A stretch of DNA of 64,000 nt, taken from Zootoca vivipara. Lineage: Eukaryota. This document shows positions 37,101 to 47,568 of the stretch, piece after piece. The DNA lies in assembly GCF_963506605.1 (NCBI RefSeq), contig NC_083276.1, positions 1,302,001-1,366,000 of the forward strand. Direction: 5' to 3'. Both the position numbers and the translations under genes were made by a program. Each line of letters opens with the position of its first letter. Position 1 is the stretch's first letter. Under the pieces are notes generated by a model that saw nothing but the letters and a program-made list of their open reading frames with translations, was not told the origin of the DNA and did no database searches.

Positions 37101-40100
37101 CACACACCTCTCTCTTGTGGATGTTTCCCTTTCTTCTCATTCCCATTAGCCACTTGAACACAGCAGTGAGAAGATGTGCGGCCCAGCACTTGTCAGATGT
37201 GGTGGAGCACATGGGGCCGGGCCGAGTGTTGTCGGGCATTAAGGATGTGACCGACAAGCTTCTGTCTGCAGTAGCCAAATTTGTCCAAGACGGATCACAA
37301 GAAACAAGGTGGGTGAGCAGAGGCAGAGCTAGAAGGAATACGGGCACTTGTTAGGGTGCTGTGATCTCCAGCTTGTCTGGAAACCTAGATTCTAGCTTCG
37401 CACATGAAGAAATGTGAAGATTTAATGGCAGAAATAGTTGACGGATCAGAGACAAGGAAGGAAATGAAAGAAGCTCATTACATTTTTTCCCCAGCTGATT
37501 TTTCACGCTTGAAAAATATGAGAGACAGAATAACGAGGAAAACACCCAGAAACCCAGAAGACAAAAGTCTTTCTGACTGGCCACTATTGTTCCCATTTTA
37601 CAAAAGGACATCTTTACTCAGAGTTAAAAACTGATCTACCCCCTTTTTTTGGGTTCAGATCAAAGTTGTTGAGCTTTTTTTAAAGGAAGGAGGAAGGCCA
37701 ATTTCCAATTTTTGAGGGGTTCAGGTCAAAGTTGTTGAGTTTTTTCAGGGAAGAGGTAAAATGTTGAGCTTTTTTTAAAGGGGAGCCACAGTTGTTCAAC
37801 TTCTTTGGGGGGAGCCAATGATCTACCAGTGATCTACCGCAGACGTCCAGTGATCTACCGGTAGATCACAATCTACCTGTTGGACATGCCTGACTTAGAG
37901 CATATATTTATGGTGCTTCATAATGTACATCCCAGGGAGGTGGGGCAGGGTGTGAACAGCCCTGAGATCTACAGGTGAAGGACAGTATACACATTTAATA
38001 AATAGACAATGAGTCTGTGACTGAGCTCGGGTATCCTCAGTCAAGCATTGGGTTATGTTCATGGCTGTAAATCTACTTGGTTGATTTGTGGCGGATGCAG
38101 GTACTATGGGCGGAAGATGCTCTTCACTTTGATGACACATGCAGACTTTGACAAGATGCTTGAAAAGTATGTGCTGCCAAAGGACTTGCCTTACGTGAAA
38201 GAGACTGTCAACAGCCTGCGACAGAAGGTAGGCTGGGAAGAATGTAATGCCACGTATAAAAACAAGAGGAGGGAGGATTTGTCAGATTTTGGAAGCAGTG
38301 GTGAACTTACCGCTACTGCCAAGGTTTTGCCAACTTGACAATTCCAGCTTCTCTTTTGAAGAGTCGGGACAGATAGCAGAGGCCTGTCTTTGCCGTGTTC
38401 TCTGGTTGTCACTTAGATGACACCTAAAATACCCAGAAATACTTTAGACCAGGCACCCCCAAACTGCGGCCCTCCAGATGTTTTGGCCTACAACTCCCAT
38501 GATCCCTAGCTAACAGGACCAGTGGTCAGGGATGATGGGAATTGTAGTCCAAAACATCTGGAGGGCCGAAGTTTGGGGGTGCCTGCTTTAGACCATACAG
38601 TATATGATACCCTTCCTGAGAAACAATCCTTAGTTCTAATTATCACAGACAGTGAAGAAGCTCACTGGTCTTCCCTCAATAGCTTTTCACAAATCCTGCT
38701 TTCAGTCCCTGGCTTGTAAGATAATTAGTTGGTCCACGTTACAAACAGACACAATTATTGTTTGCTGCTGCTTTTATTATCTTGTCTGAGAAACTATCCT
38801 TGGAGGCTGATCATTAGCCTCCTGACCCTTGGGTTGTTTCAGAAACTGACTTAACTGCTTTTAAAACCCTGTAACTAATGCCCTTTCCACCCTTTCTCAT
38901 AAATATTTTTCCTTGTGCACCCCCAAAATTTGCTCTTCAGGTGGAGAGAACTCATGAAACAGCACTTGGCGGGCGATTGTTCTGTCTGGCAAGTTGATGT
39001 GCTTGTGCAGATGAAACATTTGCAATAGCACAAGGTTGAATTCTACCCTTAATTTTTTAACCCAGATGCCCTCTTGGAGTTTTATCCAACGGTAATCCTA
39101 CTCAGAGAAGACCCCTTGAAGTTTGTAGACATCTTAGGCTGATTCATTTCAGTGGGCCTTCTCTGAATAGAACTTAGTTGGCTATAACCCAAAAGACCCT
39201 CCCTGTCTTTGTAATGCAATTTCAGGGTCTGGGGGAGATGCCGATAGTCACACCCTCAGCCAAGGGCGGAAGAAGGGGTCACACCAGCAACATGGACAAT
39301 TCGAGATCAGCCTCTGTGTCGCGAGAAGCACTCAATGCTGGTGACAGGTACAGTTGTGCCTTCCTGCTTCAAAACCTTTTGGGGGCGGGGCACATGGGCT
39401 AAGGAGTTGGGAATCTCTCCTGCGTAGCTAACTGGACGGGCCTTCTCCGAAGTTATTACAAAGGCTGCAGAAGTAGGAAAGTTCCACTGCAAACCTCGAC
39501 GTTCTTCTTTTCAGCAGAGAGATTAGAGAAGTACGCGAAATGCCCCGGAAACTAGCTCCCCGTAACGCCTTGGAAAGTGCGGAATATGTGAAGGTCATAA
39601 CGACCCTACTGAATGCAAAAGATTTCCGGGATCGAATTAATGGAATCAAGCAGCTGTTGGCAGACACAGAAAATAACCAGGACCTTGTTGTTGCAAACAT
39701 TGTGAAGGTAACTGTTTAAAGAAAAAACCCTCAACATCCTTGTTGGAGCTAGCAGGAGATACCATAGAGCAGAAACCATGAGATTTAAATTGGAAAATAT
39801 CATGGCTCTGAGGGGAAATGGAGGAGCGCTCTAAACAAAGGAGGAGCCTGTTTTGATGCTATAGGTAGAAGCACAGCTATATAGGGGGAGAAATGATGCA
39901 TGTGACCACCGTTCCAGCTAGCCCTGTGTTGTTTACTGCAACTGGCAGCAGTTCTCAAAGGGCGTCTTGTGGCCCCACCACTGAAATGTACATGGAAATG
40001 CAAAAGTGTTTGATCTCTTTATGGGACTTTGCATGCCCTGCCCTCCTCCTGGACACATGCTCTGCTCACCCCTTTGCACCATGGGATTTGGACCAAGACC

Positions 40101-42297
40101 CCTCATGGCCTGGGACTGGGCACCAGGTTTAGACACTAGGGACTGTTGCTAGGGTTCTCCCTGGCACAAGGATGTGTTGCAGAGCCTTTGACAAGTTAGC
40201 CTTTTCGGTCTCGGCTGCCGATAAAATGGTCAGTAAGAATTTACCACACTGCAGAATGAGCAGGAGAACAGGTCGGAAAGGAGCCTGGTTTCCCTGCTTC
40301 CTTTTTGATTATCTGAGATTAACTTGTTTTTCATATACTGTATCGGCTATTTCTTAAACAAAAGCAGCCCAGAATTCTAACTCCTTCACTGACTGTAGTT
40401 TTCAGAGATGATGGGATGCACGCTGACCAAAGTGGTCTGCAGCCTCTTCCTTTGTTTTGCCCTCCCCACAAGTGTTGGGAGTAGGCCACTTGGTGTGTGC
40501 TGTTGTCATGGGGCGTCCACCGTGTTTAGATCAGCATGCAGAGCCTGGTCAGCTCACTGCCTCTGCGTGAGGAAATGGGCTTCCAGCTGCTGTGGTCCTG
40601 TGCCCTTGTCTAGATCTTTGATGCCTTCAAGTCCCGCCTGCACGACTCCAACAGCAAAGTCAACCAGGTGGCCCTAGAGACAATGCACCGCCTGATTCCT
40701 CTGCTGAAAGAGAAGCTGTCCCCCATCATCAATATGCTGATACCTGCCTTGGTGGACAACAACCTGAATTCCAAGAATCCAGGCATCTACGCTGCTGCCA
40801 CAAACGTTATCCAAGCTCTTTGTCAACACTTAGGTAATGGGACCCTTTCAGCTACCAGCCACGGTTCAGAAAACAAGGTTGCGAAAAAGAATTCGCAGCA
40901 GGTTTGGGGCTGAGCAACCAGGAACTCTTGTTTCTTTTCCCACTGCTCAGTTTACGCATCTGTTCACTGTGCAGATGTTGGCACACTGCTGCTTTGTGTG
41001 TGCTTGAGGAATGTTTCCAAACTGGAGCAGGCCTTCAGCCAATTCTGATGGGGTGGGTGGGTGTTTAGGATTCCAAAGGCCTCATCCTGTATACTTCCCT
41101 GCCAGGGAATTCCAAAATAGCCCCTTCCTGGCTATTCTGTATCAAACACAGGATAAATGTAACCCTCCTGGGACTCCCATTGAGTTGGTTTTCTGTGTCC
41201 CTCCCTCCTCTGCATCTAGACAACTACCTGCTGCTTCAGCCGTTCTGCACAAAGGCCCAGTTTCTGAATGGGAAAGCCAAGCAAGACATCACGGAGAAGC
41301 TTGCAGGTAAGGCTCTTTTGCTTTGCTTCCGTGCCTTCGTACCCGGAGTTCACCCTTCCAGTATGAGCCTACGCAGGACCTGCTTGCCCGAAATTCTTTA
41401 CTGCTCTACAATGGCGTAGTTTGCTCTGCAGGGTCCGTGATGATGCCAGGCAGCTTGGAAGGTTGTTGGCAACCTAAAGGGTGTAAAACCAATGTGAAAT
41501 AGCCCATTGATGTCCCATCCCATTATAGCAGCTGAAAGCAGAGCAGTTGTTTAAGCTTAAGAACAGAGGAAGCCGCCTCACACACAGTCAGGCCATTGAT
41601 CCATCTAGGACAGTACTGTCTACACCAGGCATCCCCAAACTCAACTCTCCAGATGTTTTGGGACTACAACTCCCATCATCCCTAGCTAACAGGACCAGTG
41701 GTCAGGGATGATGGGAATTGTAGTCCCAAAACATCCGGAGGGCCGAGTTTGGGGATGCCTGGTCTACACGCATTGGCAGCAGGGGTCTCCCCTAACCCTA
41801 CCTGGGGATTGAAGCCAAGGCCTTCCACTGCTCTGCTGCTGAGCTGGGCCCTTCCCCACAAAGCTTCTTTGGAGCACCATGGGCTTAATGGATGGCCTTT
41901 CCAGAAGATGCTCTGACTTTGCATGCTTTTAGAGTTGCATTCTTGCTCAAGTTGAGCAGGCCAAGCCTCCTGCTGTGCATTTGGTGTGACCAGTTACTCC
42001 CCCTCTTTCCGTCTCCCCCCCCTTTTTGTTGTTCTGAATCCAGAGCTGGTGGTGGAGCTGTATCCTCGCAAGCCTCACGCTGTGGAGCAGAAGGTCTTGG
42101 TGGTCCTGTGGCACCTGCTGGGCAACATGACAAACAGCGGCTCCTTGCCCGGAGCTGGCGGGAATATTCGGACAGCCACTGCTAAATTGTCAAAAGCGCT
42201 TTTTGCACAAATGGGTCAGAACCTGCTGGTCCAAGCTTCATCCCAGTCCCCCCACATCAAAAGAACTCTGGAAGAATTCCTTGACCAAGCTACCTGA
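17724..42297 (+). CDS. TOGARAM1: TOG array regulator of axonemal microtubules 1 (Crescerin-1/FAM179B); ~21 coding exons, ~1473 aa, TOG2-TOG3-TOG4
   Basis: Exons 17724-18875, 21955-22006, 26645-26929, 28238-28500, 28815-29047, 29737-29837, 30818-30985, 31467-31565, 32295-32473, 33417-33573, 33956-34033, 34245-34398, 34525-34630, 35979-36214, 37150-37308, 38101-38227, 39226-39347, 39518-39707, 40614-40833, 41220-41306, 42044-42297. All are GT-AG and phase-consistent, 4422 nt in total. Motifs LLDDSNFKV, VQARLARKTLPRL, NSWPLKSFEGL, DWEKKIEGL, KNLRSVVSRAA and LHDSNSKVN match recalled human TOGARAM1, which is also head-to-head with KLHL28 in human. Confidence 0.95.
19944..20408 (+). mobile_element. 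CR1 LINE 3' fragment (ORF2 C-terminus plus 3' UTR)
   Basis: Translation [31 protein letters not shown]...TRSNGFKL...IRKNFLTVRAV is a typical CR1 C-terminus; TTCTATGATTC tail. Confidence 0.9.
20983..21124. mobile_element. Small hAT-like MITE
   Basis: AGGGCTGTCCAA...TTGGACATGCCTG termini, flanks CATTAGAC/CATTAGAG (7 of 8 identical), internal GTAGATC repeats; a related end lies at ~37630-37892. Confidence 0.6.
22566..23196. mobile_element. AT-rich non-autonomous hAT transposon, 631 bp
   Basis: Termini CAGGGTGGAT.../...ATCTACCCTG, perfect 8-bp TSD AATGAAAG (22558-22565 and 23197-23204), subterminal TTTAAATC repeats. Confidence 0.85.
23545..23587. repeat. Compound (CT)n(AT)n microsatellite
   Basis: Directly visible in the sequence. 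Confidence 0.9.
24293..24363. mobile_element. Half copy of the 136-bp hAT MITE
   Basis: GGACCAGTAGTCAGGGATGATGGGAATTGTAGTCCCAAAACAGCTGGAGGGCCAAGTTTGGCCAT matches the right arm. Confidence 0.7.
27417..28101 (+). mobile_element. L2 LINE 3' fragment with open ORF2 C-terminus and (ATT)n tail
   Basis: ORF 27430-27996 is nearly identical to the C-terminus of 10679-11731. Confidence 0.9.
33046..33069. repeat. (GT)n microsatellite
   Basis: Directly visible in the sequence. Confidence 0.9.
35255..35720 (-). mobile_element. Older decayed L2 fragment
   Basis: Degenerate ICHWP..KVLL.VYKTLNSLG.VYL translation and AGAGTGCATTGCAGTTATCCAG similarity to the L2 copies. Confidence 0.6.
36510..36545. repeat. 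(GAAAT)n pentanucleotide microsatellite
   Basis: 7 tandem GAAAT units. Confidence 0.95.
38450..38585. mobile_element. Palindromic hAT MITE, 136 bp
   Basis: CAGGCACCCCCAAAC...GTTTGGGGGTGCCTG with perfect TSD CTTTAGAC (38442-38449 and 38586-38593). Confidence 0.9.
41626..41761. mobile_element. Palindromic hAT MITE nested in a Squam3-like SINE (~41560-41855, minus)
   Basis: CAGGCATCCCCAAAC...GTTTGGGGATGCCTG with perfect TSD GTCTACAC (41618-41625 and 41762-41769). Confidence 0.9.
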
Positions 42298-43265
42298 AGC
42301 AGACTGAGCAGGTGCAGGTGTGTGCATGAGTAAATGCACCTACATGGACAGTACGGTTCCTACAGGTTACTGAATAGCTGACAGCAAACTATTTTCCATG
42401 GGGTCGAGTGGAGCACCCCCCTCCCTCGCTGCATTCCTTCACAGTGCCTGTGCTTTTCACGTGGAAGTGGATTTGGATCGACTGCTTTTAATTACTGGGT
42501 TTTCCTTCCCCCTGGTGCACGTCCTAGGCCGAAACCAAAATCAAAATCAGTATGATGCTTGGGAACTCTCCCCCCTCTGGTGCTGTTCCAAGAATTCTGT
42601 GGAGTTGAGGAATGGATGTCTTGCGAAAGCAAAAGTCAGCTCTGCTTGTTTGCACTCTTCTTTAGACTCGGTGGGACAATGCCCTGTGTGTGTGCTAACG
42701 AAGATGAGATTTTAAAAATAGGAATAGTTCTAATCATGAAATCATGTTATGGCATGTCTTCTCATGTAGCCTTAAGAGGGAGGGGGGAAAAACTTTTGAG
42801 AGGCACATTCATAAAGAACAGGGTTCTGTGTGATGTTTGTGGAAAAAAATTGTATTTTTAAAATCAGTCCCAGTCATGATTGTGCAGTGTTCGCTTGCTT
42901 TTGCTGCTGCTGTTGATGTATTACATCTGCTTGACAGTTGGGCATCATTATCTGCACACTCTTGTAAAACTTTTAACAGGTTATAATGAAGCATGTTGAC
43001 CAAAATTTATAGAAAACAAATAATTTTTACATATTTTGAACAACACGTCTTAAAAGAAATGTCATGTTTTGAATATAGCTTCCATATTTTAGTGTGAAAA
43101 ATAATACTGAATTTATCTGTCCAGAATTTATAAAGGTGTTCAAGTTTTCTGCCCTGCTGTGCAATCCTCAGCGATCTAGTGCCAGTTATTCCTTCTGCTC
43201 TCGAAATTTTACCATCTACAAGTACTGTATTCATTTGAAACACACAAAACAAAATGTTATAAAAA

Positions 43266-43271
43266 AATAAA
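43266..43271 (+). terminator. Probable TOGARAM1 poly(A) signal AATAAA
   Basis: AATAAA about 970 nt after the stop codon, at the end of an AT-rich UTR-like stretch. Confidence 0.65.
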
Positions 43272-43275
43272 TGGA

Positions 43276-43281
43276 TTTATT
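43276..43281 (-). terminator. Candidate POLE3 poly(A) signal (AATAAA on minus strand)
   Basis: TTTATT at 43276-43281, about 2 kb downstream of the POLE3 stop codon. Confidence 0.5.
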
Positions 43282-45258
43282 TCTGTAAAAATGATTCCCT
43301 CATGTTGCTGGACTTGAAATTTACTTTGGGAGCTTCAGCATAAAATGTATGCAATGAAAATCCCCATGGAAGGAGGGGGGAAGTGGCAGGCAAGATGCAC
43401 CATTCTGGAAAGAAATTGTTGGGAGGTCAGGATCGGACCATTTAGCTCACTACTGTACTGTGCATAATTAGTCTTCTATGTGGAAAGTTTGCGAGTTGGG
43501 GATATCCTATGCTGCAGCCATATGAACCTTCTAAGAAAGTTCATGTCAGCAACGCCACTTTCAGAGATTGCTTTATGGAACAAACCTTTTGATGGAGGGA
43601 AGAGGTGAGGAGTGGGGGAAGCAGACACACTAATCCTCTTTTCCAAAGGATTGGCCCCATCCTTGCAAAGTGTAACCAAGGGTGTCAGGGGTACTCAGCT
43701 CATGGCACAGCCTCTATTAAGGGGGAGCAGTGGGCTTTGTCCAGTTGGGGGGATCTGGAGTGTGTGTTCCTAGCATTAGGCAAGCAGGATAGGTTAGGGA
43801 TTGTGCTGCTTCTGCCCAGCAGTCTCCCTGCCCTGAGTTGACAGCTGGCCCAACACGTGGGGAAAGACACACTCTGGACCTTGTTTTCTTGACTGGGCAG
43901 GAAGAGGGTGGTCTGAAAGTGGGGGGCATGGACATCAGCCCCGGTCAGATCACTTCCTGTTGCGAATCAGGCTTTCGGCACCTTTTCTCCTCCACGAAGG
44001 CGGGGGATCTACCAGTATTAGGATGGCCCAGCCTCAGGGACTCTTTAGCAAGAGCTGGGAAATAGCAGCTCAGCTAAACTAGATCCAGAAAACACCAACT
44101 GGAGAGCAGCATGAGGCGTAGAGGAACAGGCAGGGGATGGCTTCCCAGGTCCCAATAAAAATGTCACCCCCACCACACGGGACGTGGACTGCTCTCTTAC
44201 TTAAGAGGCTCCTGCGGGGCCACAATGTTGAGGAGCTTGAACTTCTGATGTGTAAACACAAAAGCACACTTGAGCTCAGGGGAAATAATAGGTAATTTTG
44301 CTGTGGGGATCCTACTGGATGCTTAGATGAGAAGTTTGGTGCCTGCAGGTATTCAAAGAAGATAAATCACTATATGGGTAAAAACCACAAATTTAAACTG
44401 TTTAATAGATGTGCAATTGTTTCTTGAACATCTTAACCAGGATATTTTTTATATAGCCTGTTTACTCAAGGTGGTTTTTATTGTATTTTCCTTAATCATA
44501 TGGCAAATCCCATCTTACCTCATTTTTTGGCAATTAAAGTGTCCATTTGAACTGGGCTATCAACTTGTTTTGCTGCATCTATTTTATACATAAAATAACG
44601 TCCATAAGTTATGATCCAATTTTGAGAGTAACTGCATATACTTTTTTTAAATGTGCTTTTCTCAGTGCTGCATGGTCAGGAATTGTTCCTCTTTGACTAA
44701 CCCTCCATCCACTCACATCCCATTCAATGCTCTTTTCAAAATGACTTGCTGGCTTCCCGTTCTGCCACACTTCAAACCTGCCTAGTCTCCACTGCTACCC
44801 ACCAGAGCAGAGAGCCTCATGGGCACAATTTGCTGCCCATGAATGTTACCCTGAACAGCTGTCACCTGACAAAGCCTGGAAATTCCAACTATGAACAAAA
44901 AAACCAACAAATGAATTGTTACAAATTAAATGATGGGTGTAATGATCCTGATGAACCTATGTGGGCAGAAACACTGAATCCACCTGCAGACACTCCAAGT
45001 GGAGTAACTGATCCAGGATCTCCTCCAAAGTCTGCAGTGCTCTCTTGGGACCACTTGATCCAGTAGGCCCATTTCCATGTGCAAGCTCATCCCCGGCACG
45101 GGAATGAAGGAAAAGCACAGAGATTCAGGTGGTGTTGGGGGTTCAACCAAAGTTCAAATCCCCACTCAGTCTCAGACCAGGAACCATATTGCCTCTTCTG
45201 CTTCACAGCTGGTTCTGATGGTGCAATAGGGCTGCCCAGAGCTGAAATCCTAAGCGAC

Positions 45259-47568
45259 TTAGCTGTCTCCTTCCTCCCCCTCCTCCTCATTTTGCTCCTC
45301 CTCCTCCATCCTTTCATCCTCCTCTTCGTTCTCATCGCCTCGGTTCTTCTCAGGGTCTTCTGGATCTCCCTTCTTGTCTTTGTCTTTTTTCTTTAACTCT
45401 GAGGCTCCCTTTTTGCCTTTCTGCTCACGCCTGTAAGCTAGAAGGAGAAGCAACCATCAAAACAAGCCCAGGCAGTGGCTATTATCACCACACACCTGGG
45501 CACAGGTGAATGCGAACCAGAAGCTGAACAGAGGAAACTTGAGCATTTACCTTCTAAGGATTCCTTTAAGGGGACGACAAATCTCTGGAACTCCATTTCC
45601 TCCATGGCTGAGAGGACGTCTGCAGCATTCAGCGTCTTTCTTTTCCCCTTCATTGCAAAATTATTGGCACTAATTAAGGAGAACGCAAAGGAAAAATTAC
45701 TCACCCATCACTAGTGAGAATCTTCCACAAGTCTTTTTCCCTTGGAAAAATTAAACTTCGAATAATTAATTATCTTCCCCCAATTATCTGCCCCCATAAA
45801 ATTAAACAGCAGCAAAATGAATGGCTACACAGTGCAACGATGTGGTTTCAAAGCTTTAATTTTTTTCCCAGGTGACTATCCGTATGAAAAACATACATGC
45901 ACATATATCAATGCACAGCTCTTTTGAGGGTACTAAAAAAACATCTTAATTTTCAAGACCACCATTGTTTAAATAACTTTTTATGGGGAGGCATGGCTTG
46001 CCATGGTGCAAGATGGCAGCATGACCTAATTTCTCCCATCAATTGGACCAATAGGATTTGTATTGAAGCCTTTGTTGATATACAACAATGTCTGCGTTGT
46101 TCTGTACTGTCCACCTTATGGAGCTTGAGGCTACTGGAAGGCTGGAGCGCCACCAAACTTATTGCATTATGTTTGTGTTTGTGTTATTAAAACTGGTATG
46201 GTCATTATTCTTATAAACAACATATAAATTGCAAGTCAGTGTTGTGAAATGTCACACAGGAAAGGTGCGTGTTGCACAATTGTGAAGGGACAGCCCAAGC
46301 TCTCTTTACTTTTTGTAGACCGAGTAAACAAAAAAATATTAAAACCTATCGACATGACCACAACCAGTTCCACTAGCCACAGAGCACTGTCAGTAAGTAA
46401 AAATGTTGAGAGGCTTGAGCTTATCCAGTCCGGCTCATGGGCCTCACCAGCAGCAACACTCACTCACCATGATGTGGCGTACAACACAAACACACTGGCA
46501 GCTCGGGAGATCGCACTTCGGGCTTCTTTGGAAATATTTACTCCGTCAGGAAGCTGAGGGAAAAGAGGTGTGTGTAAGCCTGGGAGATCCATGTCGTGTC
46601 TGCATTTAGCAGGCACCAGCTGCCAGCAGCGTTCTGTCCCACTCCCAATCAACACACATCCGACACAGCACTTCTGCCTCTGTTGAGTTCTCCCTCTCCC
46701 TCTGTCTTGCACACCAACCACTAGCGCCTGTCTTCTCCAACGCTCCAGATTCCCAGCATCTTGTCCACTTACTCATGGCTCCCACGGCACCGAAAGTATT
46801 TTTACAGGAATTTCAACCATATAATGAAACATGATTTTATAAGACAAATACGTAAAAACCAAACCAAGGCTGGCACGGAATGTTACATTCAGCGGAGAGA
46901 ATGTTAAAGCAGGTTGTCTGGGTAGCGGCAATAAGATAAAGGCAGGTAAATAGAGAGCGAATGAGAGAACAAGAGGCGAAGCCCACAGGACTTGTAAGTT
47001 GTACAGAAACACAAACCTTTAACTGAAGCCAACAGAGGCACAAGGAGTACTAAGAACAGGGCTCATCCACACGAGGTTTTTTCTTTTGTTGTGCCACTTT
47101 CCCCGGAAAAACCTGCTGTTTGTACTGCTGAACAAAGGCCAATCCACAGAAAACCCCATCGATGTTTGTTCCGATTCAACAGCAAACAGTGGGTTTCCCT
47201 GGGGAATGCGGCTGGAAAAACAAGAAAAGAAACTACTGAGGGCAACCCTGTATCGGGAGATTTTTAATGTTTGGGTATTTCTGGAGGGCTGGGGAAACCC
47301 AGCCAGATAGGTGGGGTATATTGTCGTTGTTATTATTAATTGAGTTTATATACCGCTCTATACCGGTAGGTAGAATATAATAAAGTTATTATTCTAATTT
47401 TGTATGATAACAACCACCATGATATAATTGCTGCTCTTGCCTGAAGCCCTGGGGCAAAAGGTGGAAGTGGGCCTGAGCCCCGAGAGGTTGCCTATTACTC
47501 ACGGCTTCCTTCATGATGCGAGTGATGACAGCGTTGGGCAGGTTCAGGTCTTCGGGACGTTCTGCCAT
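45259..47568 (-). CDS. POLE3: DNA polymerase epsilon subunit 3 (CHRAC17, histone fold with acidic tail); 4 coding exons, 149 aa
   Basis: Coding exons 47568-47503 ([22 protein letters not shown]), 46553-46468 ([28 protein letters not shown]), 45669-45551 ([15 protein letters not shown]...) and 45437-45259 (YRREQKGKK...EEEGEEGDS*). GT-AG, 450 nt in frame. Acceptor at 47583/4, with a probable UTR exon 1 ending at 47945. Confidence 0.97.
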
